Shown: positions 1 through 8,773 of the stretch, one piece after another
Layout of the letters: each line of letters starts with the position of its first letter
Numbering within the stretch: position 1 is the first letter of the stretch
Source: a virus
Strand: one strand, 5' to 3'
IMG/VR virus record: IMGVR_UViG_3300045996_002572
Location: 1 to 64,000 of that record
Length of the DNA: 64,000 nt
Notes under the pieces: generated by a model
What the model was told of the DNA's origin: nothing
The model's input: the letters and a program-made list of their open reading frames with translations, nothing else
The model's database searches: none
Position numbers and translations under genes: made by a program

Positions 1-402
1 GACGCCGGAGTGCGGCCGGTGGTTCGGATTGGCGCCGATTACCTTGCGGGAGGCGCCCACGGCCCGGTCGAGCGATTTCGAGATGTCCAACGACTTCGGG
101 AACCCCTGCCCATGTACCCAGGCCACCCCGACCGAGTCCCTCAGTTCCCACCCGGCGTCCTCGATCGCGCACGCCAGCCGATGAAAGGTCCGCGTGCCCC
201 CGAAGGCGAGCATCGGCGCCCCTGGCTTGCAGGCCCGGAGCACCTCGCGCCACACGCCCTCAGGCGGCACCCCCTTGTCCCACCCGAGCCCCATGAAGCC
301 GAGACCGTAGGGGGGATCGGTCAGCACCGCGTCGAAGTGCCCGGCCGGCAGGGTCGGCAGCACGTGCTCGACCTTGCCTCGGTAGATCGTCGCTCGCTTC
401 AC
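1..402 (-). CDS. DNA amino-methyltransferase (N6-A/N4-C, DPPY type), 3' part truncated by window edge
   Basis: Manual translation from GTG 402 (GTGA-coupled to upstream stop): MKRATIYRGKVEHVLPTLPAGHFDAVLTDPPYGLGFMGLGWDKG...AFGGTRTFHRLACAIEDAGWELRD...GQGFPKSLD; absent from the ORF track. Confidence 0.9.
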   Translation of the reverse strand, partial: MKRATIYRGKVEHVLPTLPAGHFDAVLTDPPYGLGFMGLGWDKGVPPEGVWREVLRACKPGAPMLAFGGTRTFHRLACAIEDAGWELRDSVGVAWVHGQGFPKSLDISKSLDRAVGASRKVIGANPNHRPHSGV

Positions 403-725
403 CGCTCCCCCTTCCGGCGGATCACCCGCTCGTGGGGCTCGGCGAGCAGCCGTCGCCACGCTTCCCGCAGCAGCAGCCAAGCCATCGCTCGGAGGCTCGG
501 GCGCGGAATGACGATCGGCCCATTCCAAGCCTCGCCGCCCGGCGCGGAGGCGGCGACCAGCAGAGATAAGTCAACCTCAGTGAGGATGTTGCCCGCGATG
601 CGCCTTCCGCAGTGGGGGCAGGAGAGCCAGAGATCGGTGGCGTCCAGTAGCGTGCCGTCAAGCCGGCAGCGGTACCGATCCCGGCCGGCCACAGTGAAGA
701 AGTCCCCGTAGCAGTCGCGGTTCAC
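399..725 (-). CDS. hypothetical protein with CPHC zinc-ribbon-like motif
   Basis: ORF with coupled start/stop overlaps in early operon. Confidence 0.6.
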   Translation of the reverse strand: MNRDCYGDFFTVAGRDRYRCRLDGTLLDATDLWLSCPHCGRRIAGNILTEVDLSLLVAASAPGGEAWNGPIVIPRPSLRAMAWLLLREAWRRLLAEPHERVIRRKGER

Positions 726-1000
726 CGTCCGCCCTCCCGCTCCAGATAGGCCAGAGCAGCGCCCGTCACCTCGGCCACTTCATCGATCGGCTTCCAGGCG
801 TAGACCTTACGGAGGTAGCCGTTGTCTCCCCACCACTGGAAGCCCGGCGGCATCTCGGGCCGGAACTGCCCTTCGGTTCGACGCGGAGTCATGACCGGGT
901 CGAACCGGCCTGAGGAAACGAGAGTCAGCCTGGGCTCGACGTAGGAGATCTGGTAAGGGCCGCTGACCTCCGGGAGCTCCGGCAGATAGGTCCAGCTCAT
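722..1000 (-). CDS. hypothetical phage protein
   Basis: ATGA/GTGA coupling on both sides. Confidence 0.6.
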   Translation of the reverse strand: MSWTYLPELPEVSGPYQISYVEPRLTLVSSGRFDPVMTPRRTEGQFRPEMPPGFQWWGDNGYLRKVYAWKPIDEVAEVTGAALAYLEREGGR

Positions 1001-1356
1001 GAGCGCTTCTCCAGGCAGGCCAGAGCCTCAGGGGTGAGAGGCGGAGGTGCCGAAAGCGGCTGCCAGGCGATGATGTCCAAGAGAACCGCGCGATGCCGAT
1101 CGTGCGAATAGCTCCACGGCCAGGCGTCGGCGGCTCTGAAGCGAGCTTCTGCGGTCTTCACGATGCCGCGCCAATGCGTGGCGATCCGGTAAGTGCCGTC
1201 CTCGCTGGGCAGCGCCTCGTGGCAGTAAACCCAGGGCCTCTCCGGCTCCAGAAGCTCCGCGATCACCTCGGCGCCTCGGTATCGGAGCTGGGCGGCGACC
1301 TCGGGGAACTCGGAAGCCAGGGCTTCGGCGATGCGGTGGGCACGGGGGTCCGTCAC
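997..1356 (-). CDS. hypothetical phage protein
   Basis: coupled ORF; C-terminal W-x-P pattern resembles that of the 722-1000 product. Confidence 0.6.
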   Translation of the reverse strand: MTDPRAHRIAEALASEFPEVAAQLRYRGAEVIAELLEPERPWVYCHEALPSEDGTYRIATHWRGIVKTAEARFRAADAWPWSYSHDRHRAVLLDIIAWQPLSAPPPLTPEALACLEKRS

Positions 1357-2183
1357 GCCGCCACGTCCTTCCGCAGGCCGGAGGTCGAGCGCGGGCGGGT
1401 CACCTTCTCAGGGAGCGGGAAGGGATCACCAGTTGCGGCACGGAGCGGCTGCGCGTCTCGGCGGTCGAGAAATCTCCGCAGCGCATAGGCGGCCCGGGCG
1501 AACAGATCCGGACGACCCGGCTTCCGGCGATTGTCTCGGTTGGAGATGAGCCAGTCCCGGAGCCGGAGCGCCGCCGAGTCATCCGGGGTGTGCTGGGGGA
1601 TCCCGGAGCAGAGGATGCCCAAAAACTGGCGGATGCGCTCTCGATCCTCGGTGTACCAGGCACGGGCGGCGGCGGCGAGCACCGGGGCCACGGTAACGCC
1701 CCGGATGTGGGAGCCGATCGAGTCGAGGACGAATGCGGCTGCCGGGCCGTGAAGTTCCGATGCCTCGCGCAGTTCCTCCTTGGTGTACCGCAGCCGGCCG
1801 TTCCCGCTTTGAACCTCCATCATCGCGAGCACTGCCACGTAGAGCGTCGAAACGGAGGAGCCGGAGGCGATCGCCAGCACGTCCGCCCCGGACCGCGGAC
1901 GGTGGTCGTCCATCACGAGCTGCGCGTCATCCGGCAGATCCCAGCTCGCCAGCATCGGGACCGGCTTCCCGGCCATGACGATGGCGGCGAGCCGGTGCTG
2001 ACCGTCCACGAGCTGCCCAGCCGAATTGAAGGCGATGCCCTGGTGAGTGAGGCGCCAGCGGTCTGCAATGATGTCCCGAGCCAGGCCGAGCACGCGTCGA
2101 CTCTCTAGGGTGCGGTTCGCCGCGCGGCTTTCGAGCCATGTCTTCGCCTGCTCGGGGGTCACGGTTACTTGCTGGGTTCGCAT
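1353..2183 (-). CDS. ParB/Srx-like (DGQHR motif) protein
   Basis: VTPEQAKTWL..NR..., QGIAFNSAGQLVDGQHRLAAIV. Confidence 0.75.
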   Translation of the reverse strand: MRTQQVTVTPEQAKTWLESRAANRTLESRRVLGLARDIIADRWRLTHQGIAFNSAGQLVDGQHRLAAIVMAGKPVPMLASWDLPDDAQLVMDDHRPRSGADVLAIASGSSVSTLYVAVLAMMEVQSGNGRLRYTKEELREASELHGPAAAFVLDSIGSHIRGVTVAPVLAAAARAWYTEDRERIRQFLGILCSGIPQHTPDDSAALRLRDWLISNRDNRRKPGRPDLFARAAYALRRFLDRRDAQPLRAATGDPFPLPEKVTRPRSTSGLRKDVAA

Positions 2184-2806
2184 GCGAGAACCTCCGAAAT
2201 GAGCCCGGGGCGGTCGGCGGCGGGGATCGCCGCGAGCGCCTGGATTCGATGGATGTCAAGCGGCACCAGTTGCAGCACCTCGGCGAGAGGGGTGCCGAGG
2301 GCGAGGAACTGGAGAGCGAGGGCTTCGTCCTCGCTCAGGTGCCGACGCCCGGCCTTGGCCACCCGACGGAGGTAGGCTTGGCGAGGTGGGCTTTGGGCGA
2401 TGCGTGGGCCGCACCAGCCCAGGTGGTTGATCGGCTTACCGCAGCGGCACTCGACCGGCCGACCGAGAATCTCGGCGTAGGCTTCGGCGGTTCGCTTCGC
2501 AACACCGGCTGATCGCGCTGCGGCACGGATGGAGAGACCCTCGGCGAAGGCCGCACGCAAGGCGTCTTCTTTCTCAAGGGAAATCCGGTTGCCGCCGCGC
2601 CGCGGTTCCACGGTCCGCGTGGCGCCGCATCCTCGGCAGAGCACCCTCTGCGATCCGTGCCGATCCTTGCCGTAGCGGATCGCCCATCCCGAGCCGCAGT
2701 GGCCGCAGGTCAACCGCAGGGTCACGCCAGCCTCGATCTGCGCGAGGTTCTGGCGCAGTTCGGAGATCGTCAAGTAGACCGGCCGACCCTTTGGGATCTG
2801 GCTCAC
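2165..2806 (-). CDS. zinc-ribbon + HTH protein (IS1 InsA-like N-terminus)
   Basis: CGHCGS..IRYGKDRHGSQRVLCRGCG then GLSIRAAARSAGVAKRTA; start moved to coupled GTG 2806. Confidence 0.6.
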   Translation of the reverse strand: MSQIPKGRPVYLTISELRQNLAQIEAGVTLRLTCGHCGSGWAIRYGKDRHGSQRVLCRGCGATRTVEPRRGGNRISLEKEDALRAAFAEGLSIRAAARSAGVAKRTAEAYAEILGRPVECRCGKPINHLGWCGPRIAQSPPRQAYLRRVAKAGRRHLSEDEALALQFLALGTPLAEVLQLVPLDIHRIQALAAIPAADRPGLISEVLACEPSK

Positions 2807-3369
2807 CCTCCCACCTCCTCGGCTGGGTACGGCACCGGCGTCAAGCTGTAGGGCAGGTAGAGTGGGTGCGAGGGGGTGCCGTCGCCGTTCAGCTTCAGGG
2901 CGGAGAGAGGCTTGCCGGCGAGCAGGCGGCGGACCTTGGCGGCGCGGCTCCGGTAGTCGCCGTGCTGGCCCCACGCGCAGACGATGACCTCGCATCCACG
3001 GAGAGCGTCGACCAGCAATTCGTCGTTCAGCGGCCCGACAGGATCAGCGCTTTGGCGCAAGGCCTTGGGGTCGGTGCTCCGAAACGCGAACAGGTTGACG
3101 ACCACCAGGCCGCCATAACCCCACTCGCGGGCCCGGCGCTCGCAGCGCTCCACCGTGGGGTCGTTCTCCTGCTCGGTCGCCGTGCTCGGGTTGAGCATGA
3201 CGAAGCCGCAGAGGGGAAGGCGCGGATCCCAGGAAATCCAGAGCAGATACCGGTAGCGCTCGCAATGCGAGTAGGTGGCTCCGCGGCATGTGCCGTCGAG
3301 AGCCTGGTGCTGCCGGAAGGTCGCCCACGTGGCGCCAGCCGGCGGCTTGATGAGGTCCGGGACGCTCAC
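2803..3369 (-). CDS. DUF1643 family protein
   Basis: YRYLLWISW..FVMLNPSTA..DPTVERC..VNLFAFRSTDP..AWG..HPLYLP; start at coupled GTG 3369. Confidence 0.9.
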   Translation of the reverse strand: MSVPDLIKPPAGATWATFRQHQALDGTCRGATYSHCERYRYLLWISWDPRLPLCGFVMLNPSTATEQENDPTVERCERRAREWGYGGLVVVNLFAFRSTDPKALRQSADPVGPLNDELLVDALRGCEVIVCAWGQHGDYRSRAAKVRRLLAGKPLSALKLNGDGTPSHPLYLPYSLTPVPYPAEEVGG

Positions 3370-3671
3370 CCTCCCACCTCCTGCCGGGGCTCCGGCTTTG
3401 CGTACCCCACCTCCATGGCCGAGAGCGCGGCCGGGGACAGCCCCCGCGTTCGGGCCTCGGCTCCCAGCGAGACGCCACGCTCTTCTCGGTCGTCCCGCAT
3501 TCGCCGGCCGATCTCGCGCCAGCCCTGGAACTCGGCCCACCGCTCCTCCGAGGTCTCCTTCGCACCTCCGCAGGCATAGCAGTCCCGCCACTCCGGGCCT
3601 CCGCTGCCGTCGGTGCGCTGCACCAGGGCGAAGCCTCCGCCGTTGCCGTTGCAGGCCGGGCAGATCATCAA
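3366..3671 (-). CDS. CxxCxGxG zinc finger + XRE-type HTH protein
   Basis: CPACNGNG, CYACGG, GVSLGAEARTRGLSPAALSAMEVG. Confidence 0.65.
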   Translation of the reverse strand: MMICPACNGNGGGFALVQRTDGSGGPEWRDCYACGGAKETSEERWAEFQGWREIGRRMRDDREERGVSLGAEARTRGLSPAALSAMEVGYAKPEPRQEVGG

Positions 3672-4075
3672 TCACCCTCCTGCCGGGGCTCGGTTCCTGG
3701 AGCAGGAGGGAGGTCGTACCAGAAGTCCACCTTCGACTCTGGCACCCATTCCCCGCACAGCTCGCAACTCCAAGCGCCCTCGTCGTCGCCAAGCTCGACG
3801 TCGGCACCCTCGGCGTCTACAGCGTCGAAGTACTGCCCGAAGCACACGCCGTGATCCGAGCAGGCCGAGGTCTCATCCTTGCGGTGGAACGGGACGGTGC
3901 GGGAGTCCGGAAGGACACCTTTGGAGGTGGGGATCCAGAGGGGGCCACTCTCCTCGGGGACATTCCGCTGGACGAACCACCAGAGGCGAGTTGCCAGAAG
4001 GTAGGCGATCATGGCAGCAGTGGCGGCAATCGCCACCGCAGCGCCAACGATCAGGATGGCCTCCCGTGTTTCCAT
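3668..4075 (-). CDS. hypothetical membrane-anchored protein with Cys motifs
   Basis: N-terminal hydrophobic helix METREAILIVGAAVAIAA; CSDH, CELC. Confidence 0.55.
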   Translation of the reverse strand: METREAILIVGAAVAIAATAAMIAYLLATRLWWFVQRNVPEESGPLWIPTSKGVLPDSRTVPFHRKDETSACSDHGVCFGQYFDAVDAEGADVELGDDEGAWSCELCGEWVPESKVDFWYDLPPAPGTEPRQEGD

Positions 4076-4794
4076 CACGCCACCCCCTTGGTCTGCTGAG
4101 GGGTCCAGGTGTCGGGCTCTCCGGAGTAGTGAGCGAGAGCCCAATCGCGCTGGTACCTCGACATCGCCGCGTGCCACTGCCGGACGGAGCCGAGGTGGGA
4201 GCGAATAGCGGCGGAGTGCGTCCCCTCGGCGTACTTGCCTCGGCCGGCGAGCGCCATGTACTCCCGCGCCTCTCTCGACGCGATCACCCGGGGGATGTAG
4301 AGCCAGGCGGGCTCCAGCCAGGTCGCCAGCTTGTCGGCGTAGCAGAGCCGCGAGGGGGTCGCGCCGCACTGTTTGGCGAGGTAGCGGGAGTGCCAGAGGG
4401 TGAGGTCGTGCCACCGCAATCCAAGGCCCTTGCCGACCAGCGGGGGCTGGCGCTCTCTGGTCGCCAGATACACGATGTGCGCGCCCCAAGCTGGATGCCG
4501 CTCCCCCTCCTCCCCGTCCATGTTCGGACAACCCCAGTAGCCGAGGTCGTGGACGAAGAAGGCGAGCCAGAGCCGCCAGTCCCGAAGCGAGGTCGTCACC
4601 CCGGAAGCGGGGCAGGTGACCAGCCCGAAGCCCCAGAGCTTCCACCACCCGGCCGCCACGAACCAGGGATGGATGAACCAGCAGTGAGCCCCGTAGAGCA
4701 CGGAGCGGGTGCCGACCGGCTGGCGGACCGCCCAGCCGATGAAGAGGGCGAGCGGGATGCCGGCCCAGAGGGCGAGGTCGAAGACGAGGCTCAA
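4075..4794 (-). CDS. HD-superfamily-like phage protein
   Basis: H..., FFVHDLGY, LWHSRY, LCYADKLA motif spacing. Confidence 0.55.
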   Translation of the reverse strand: MSLVFDLALWAGIPLALFIGWAVRQPVGTRSVLYGAHCWFIHPWFVAAGWWKLWGFGLVTCPASGVTTSLRDWRLWLAFFVHDLGYWGCPNMDGEEGERHPAWGAHIVYLATRERQPPLVGKGLGLRWHDLTLWHSRYLAKQCGATPSRLCYADKLATWLEPAWLYIPRVIASREAREYMALAGRGKYAEGTHSAAIRSHLGSVRQWHAAMSRYQRDWALAHYSGEPDTWTPQQTKGVA

Positions 4795-5285
4795 GACGCC
4801 ACCTCCGCCGACGTCCCAGCGTTCGCCCGCATCAACCCGAACAGGTGCCGGGCCACCTTGGCCGCCGAGGCGTCGGAAAGCTCCAGCCCTTGAGGCTCCG
4901 GGAGCACCGGCCCCTCTACGGGCTCAGGCTGCTCCGCGAAGAGGATGCGGGCTTGCGGGCCGAGGGCTTGGAGCGCAGGCTGCGGAGCCGGTTGAACCTC
5001 CCCGCACACGCAGGCTTCCCCGAGGACGGGGGCGTGCTTGATCTCCGCGCACCTCGCCTTGAGCCGCGAGACTCGGAACGCCTTCACCCCGTGCCGGTGC
5101 CGGGCCTTGGCGACGATTTCGCCCGTCAGGAGTCGAACCCCGGCCGCTCGACCCGCCACCTCCCGGAGCTTCGACGCCACCTCCTCGTCCCGAGCCTTGG
5201 AAGGCGGTAGGCCTGGAGCGTAGAAGCTCGCGATCGCCCCCGGGAACGCCTGCTCCAAGCGGTCCATGAACTCCTTGCCCGTCAT
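4791..5285 (-). CDS. hypothetical phage protein
   Basis: coupled ORF. Confidence 0.55.
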   Translation of the reverse strand: MTGKEFMDRLEQAFPGAIASFYAPGLPPSKARDEEVASKLREVAGRAAGVRLLTGEIVAKARHRHGVKAFRVSRLKARCAEIKHAPVLGEACVCGEVQPAPQPALQALGPQARILFAEQPEPVEGPVLPEPQGLELSDASAAKVARHLFGLMRANAGTSAEVAS

Positions 5286-5288
5286 GTT

Positions 5289-6386
5289 CTACCTCCCCTC
5301 CGCCACGGGGGCGGGGAACTCGTCATGGGTGCGGCCGTCGAGCAGGCGTCCGGCTGCTTTCTTCCCGACGGGCCGAACCATTTCGCAGTCCTTCGTCTCC
5401 TCGCTGCGCGGCTGGTTGGGGCCGGCGACAGCTCCCGCGGCCGAGACGTAGACCCAGGGCTTCCTGGGCGCCAAGACCGGGGCCCACGCTCCCCACTGCT
5501 TAAAGTGGAAGGCCACCCCGGCCGCAGCGCATTGGTCACGAACCGAGCGCGCCCACTCCGAGTGCATCGGCCGAGCGCCGGGGCCGGACTCTCCGCCGAC
5601 GATCACCCAGTCGAGCCCGCCTTCGTTGCCGATCCAGTGGCCGAAAGACGCCTCCGTGTCGCACTCGACACACCAGGGCTGCGCTTCGCCACCTTCGACC
5701 ACGTGCTCGCCGCCGTGGTACTCGCACAGCGGCGGGTCTAAGTCGATCGGTCCCAGGAGCGGCTCTGCCGAGATGAACCTCACCGCCGCCGGCGTCGCGA
5801 GCAGGTGCGGGATCCGCTCGTCTGCGGTCTTCTGGTCTTCGACGGAGACGCCGAGCCAGACGTTCGGGAGGGGCCACCTCGGATGAGCCTGCACCACCCC
5901 GAGCCGCTCAGCTTGGCCGATCTTGCCGGCCTTCATGAGAAGGGCGTAGGCCGGACGACGGGCAGCGTCCCATTTGTCGTTGAAGCCATCGGCGAACCAC
6001 GCGAAGAACTCCGGCAGCCGTGCCGCCCGCTTCGTCAGGATCTGAAAGGTGTGCTGCGGGCAGGCCGCCATCACCCCGAACACCGCAGCGATCTGCTCGA
6101 ACGGCAAGCTCTCGTGGAACAGGTCGCTCATGGAGTTGACGAAAATCCGCTGCGGCTTACGCCACCGGAGCGGGTCAGCCAGGTGCTCGGGGACGAGCCG
6201 CACCTTCCCCGTCCAGCGCGGACCCTTGGGCCCGATCTCCGCCAGCCCCTCGTAGGGCATTCCCGGACCGGAGAATCGCGCTGCGACACGTTCGGCGTAG
6301 CACCGCGTACAGCCCTCGCTCACCCTAGAGCAGCCCCGTACCGGGTTCCAGGTCTTGTCGGTCCACTCGATACTCGTGTCGCCCAT
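5289..6386 (-). CDS. phage Gp37/Gp68 (DUF5131) family protein
   Basis: IEWTDKTWNPVRGCSRVSEGCTRCYAE, FVNSMSDLFH, SAEPLLG, WVIVGGESG, FKQWG. Confidence 0.95.
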   Translation of the reverse strand: MGDTSIEWTDKTWNPVRGCSRVSEGCTRCYAERVAARFSGPGMPYEGLAEIGPKGPRWTGKVRLVPEHLADPLRWRKPQRIFVNSMSDLFHESLPFEQIAAVFGVMAACPQHTFQILTKRAARLPEFFAWFADGFNDKWDAARRPAYALLMKAGKIGQAERLGVVQAHPRWPLPNVWLGVSVEDQKTADERIPHLLATPAAVRFISAEPLLGPIDLDPPLCEYHGGEHVVEGGEAQPWCVECDTEASFGHWIGNEGGLDWVIVGGESGPGARPMHSEWARSVRDQCAAAGVAFHFKQWGAWAPVLAPRKPWVYVSAAGAVAGPNQPRSEETKDCEMVRPVGKKAAGRLLDGRTHDEFPAPVAEGR

Positions 6387-6617
6387 CTATCTACCCTCTC
6401 TCCGCGCCAACTCCTCGCGGGCCATGGCGCTCATGCGTTCGCCGCGCCGAATTCGTCGCTCCAACTGCTCGACCGTAAGCCCCCGCAGCTCCCACCGAGC
6501 GACCTGGATGCGCTGGCAGAGGACGCAGTAGCGGACGGTCTTGGCCTTGTAGAAGAGGTCGGGGCTGTGCTCTTCCTTGAGGCCGCACGCCGAACAGGTG
6601 CGGAGCTTGTCGCCCAT
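6387..6617 (-). CDS. small Cys-containing hypothetical protein
   Basis: CSAC...CVLC; coupled ORF. Confidence 0.55.
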   Translation of the reverse strand: MGDKLRTCSACGLKEEHSPDLFYKAKTVRYCVLCQRIQVARWELRGLTVEQLERRIRRGERMSAMAREELARREGR

Positions 6618-6886
6618 CAGCGGCTCTCCCCTGTGCAGATCTGCTTTCCGTTGCGGTCCAGGCGGGGCACGGGAGGACCGAACAGGCCGGAGAGCCAGTG
6701 GCAGCCGGTGCCGTGATCGATGTGGAGCTGGAGCCCGGAGCGCTCGCGCCAGCTTCGGTCAGTGGCGTCAATCGGCCGCCTTGCTCCTACCGTATGAGCC
6801 AACAGGAGCACGACCACTTTCACGGCGACGAGGGTGATGACCACGGCCAAAAGCATCAGCCCGAGATCTCTCACGAGCGACTTCAT
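6617..6886 (-). CDS. small membrane protein
   Basis: hydrophobic N-terminus; coupled ORF. Confidence 0.55.
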   Translation of the reverse strand: MKSLVRDLGLMLLAVVITLVAVKVVVLLLAHTVGARRPIDATDRSWRERSGLQLHIDHGTGCHWLSGLFGPPVPRLDRNGKQICTGESR

Positions 6887-7245
6887 CAGCGCTCCTCCTC
6901 TTGCGGCTGGAGGGCCGCGTTATCGGTTGCAGGGGTTGAGAGGCAAAGCATCCGCAAGTCGGCGAACTGGCGTCGCATCCATTCGCCCCTCGGCTGTCCC
7001 TCCTCCCATTCCTGGATGGCGGCAGTCAATCGCAGGAGTGCTGCGTCGATCGCGAACGCCTGCAACTGGCCGAGGGTCCGGAGCTTCAACTGCCGGAGGC
7101 GGCGCCCCACTACGGCCTGGTCGAGTTCCCTGAGAGCCTCACGGAACGCCACGAGATCGGCTTCTGTGGCGCCGGCCTGGACGGCCCGCTTCATCGCCTC
7201 ATTCAGCTCGCTCACGATCATGGTTCGCGAGATCTCGCAGGCCAT
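6886..7245 (-). CDS. hypothetical phage protein
   Basis: coupled ORF. Confidence 0.55.
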   Translation of the reverse strand: MACEISRTMIVSELNEAMKRAVQAGATEADLVAFREALRELDQAVVGRRLRQLKLRTLGQLQAFAIDAALLRLTAAIQEWEEGQPRGEWMRRQFADLRMLCLSTPATDNAALQPQEEER

Positions 7246-7563
7246 CTACCTCTCCTCCCCGAGACGGGCGAGGTGGGCGAGGACGTCAGCGTTGGTGCGC
7301 GGCGCGTCGATCTCGGCCATCTCGGAGGAAGGCATGGCCAGCACCCGCAGCACCGTTGACGGCAGACGGAAGGCCCGCTCCACCGCAGCCTGGAGAGTGG
7401 GCCCCGGCTTCCGGCTTCCATCCTCGACCCGCTTCAGGTGGGAGTCTGAGATCCCGCAGCGTTCGGCAAAGGCGGCGACCGTGAGCCCGGTGGCGCCGCG
7501 AACGATCCGGAGGGCGCGAGCATCTGCGGAGAAAGGCTTGGAGTTGCGGGGGTGGTTCGCCAT
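7246..7563 (-). CDS. XRE-family HTH regulator
   Basis: LRIVRGATGLTVAAFAERCGISDSHLKRVEDGSRKP. Confidence 0.8.
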   Translation of the reverse strand: MANHPRNSKPFSADARALRIVRGATGLTVAAFAERCGISDSHLKRVEDGSRKPGPTLQAAVERAFRLPSTVLRVLAMPSSEMAEIDAPRTNADVLAHLARLGEER

Positions 7564-8387
7564 CAGCCCTCCTCGCTTTCGGCCGAGATCCAGGGCTCGT
7601 CGCTGTTGTCCTCGGCGTCCGTCCTCGCGAGGTCTTCAGGCGGAATAGCTAGCGATGGATGCGGGTCCGGTCGGCCCTCGATAGAAGCTCGGAGGCAGTC
7701 GAGCCAGGGGGCCAGCTTGTCTGGTTGCGTTCCGTAGGTGTCGTAGGCGGAGCCGAAGTCGAGGACCGCGCCGGCAATGCGCTTGTAGTCGGGGCCGGGT
7801 TGGGCGGCCAGGGCCCGCCCGTACGCCACCTGTTCCGGCGTCAAGACAAGGGCTTGCGCCTCTTCCTTGGTTCCGAGATGCCAGCCCTCCCCGGAGAGAG
7901 CGATGGGCTCGCGCACCTCGTGACACGCGGGGCAGGTTCGGTCCGAGTCGTGGCCGCTCCAGTTGCAGGTGGCGATTGAGCAACCGAATAGCGTTTTCAC
8001 GGCGACCGGTTTCCGGGGGACCGGCAGCGCGTCCTCTGCCCGGAGGGTGAGGTAGGCGACAACTCGACCACTGAACTCGTCGTCAACGAAGATGTTTCGC
8101 TCGTCCCGCCCCTGCACGTAGCGGACGAACCGCTTGCCGGAGTAGTTCTCGACAAGGCAAGCGAGACCCTCGCGCTGCTCAAGAAAAACCTGATCTCGCG
8201 GCATCGCTTCTTGCCAGCTCACGAGCGGCGGCAACTTCCCGCCCGTCACCTCCCGGTCTAAGGCGAGGAGGGCGGCGCGGAAGGCTGCGAGGTTCTCGGG
8301 AGACGGCTGCTCGTACGCCAGGAAGGTGGCGTTGGCGAGCTTGTTCCAGGTGGCGTGCGTCCAGCTCGGCTTGGGAATCTCCATCAC
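7563..8387 (-). CDS. hypothetical phage protein
   Basis: coupled ORF, CSIATC...CPAC zinc motif. Confidence 0.55.
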   Translation of the reverse strand: MMEIPKPSWTHATWNKLANATFLAYEQPSPENLAAFRAALLALDREVTGGKLPPLVSWQEAMPRDQVFLEQREGLACLVENYSGKRFVRYVQGRDERNIFVDDEFSGRVVAYLTLRAEDALPVPRKPVAVKTLFGCSIATCNWSGHDSDRTCPACHEVREPIALSGEGWHLGTKEEAQALVLTPEQVAYGRALAAQPGPDYKRIAGAVLDFGSAYDTYGTQPDKLAPWLDCLRASIEGRPDPHPSLAIPPEDLARTDAEDNSDEPWISAESEEG

Positions 8388-8773
8388 GCCGGCTCCTTTC
8401 GTACCGCAGCATCAACTCGACCGAGTGCCGCGTGGATCTCCGCGAGAGACCGGTCTTCGTCCCACTCTTCGCCGCCGTCCTCGGCGATTTCGAGCAGCTT
8501 CAGGAACTCCGCGGCGAGAGAAACCCTCCAGTCGGGCTGCGCGCCGGCAGCGGCGACCGCCTCGACCCACCCGGCACACGCTCGCGGTTGCGTGCCTTCC
8601 TTCTGGCGATAGACCGGCTCGCCGTCCACCATCTCGGCCTCGACCTCCTCGTGGCAGAAGAACGGATCCCGAGCCAGGACGCAGAGCTGCGCCTTGAACA
8701 CCGTGTGTGCGCTCTTACTGGCGGAGGTGCCAGGCGTGAAGGCGCAATCGGAGCAACGCGAGGGCGCCATCAC
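8384..8773 (-). CDS. Cys-rich hypothetical protein
   Basis: CSDCAF...PFFCH...CAGW; start at coupled GTG/ATG 8773/8770. Confidence 0.55.
   Translation of the reverse strand: MMAPSRCSDCAFTPGTSASKSAHTVFKAQLCVLARDPFFCHEEVEAEMVDGEPVYRQKEGTQPRACAGWVEAVAAAGAQPDWRVSLAAEFLKLLEIAEDGGEEWDEDRSLAEIHAALGRVDAAVRKEPA

Noticed and set aside
2165-2806. IS1 insertion sequence
   Set aside because: No DDE transposase, terminal inverted repeats or target duplication
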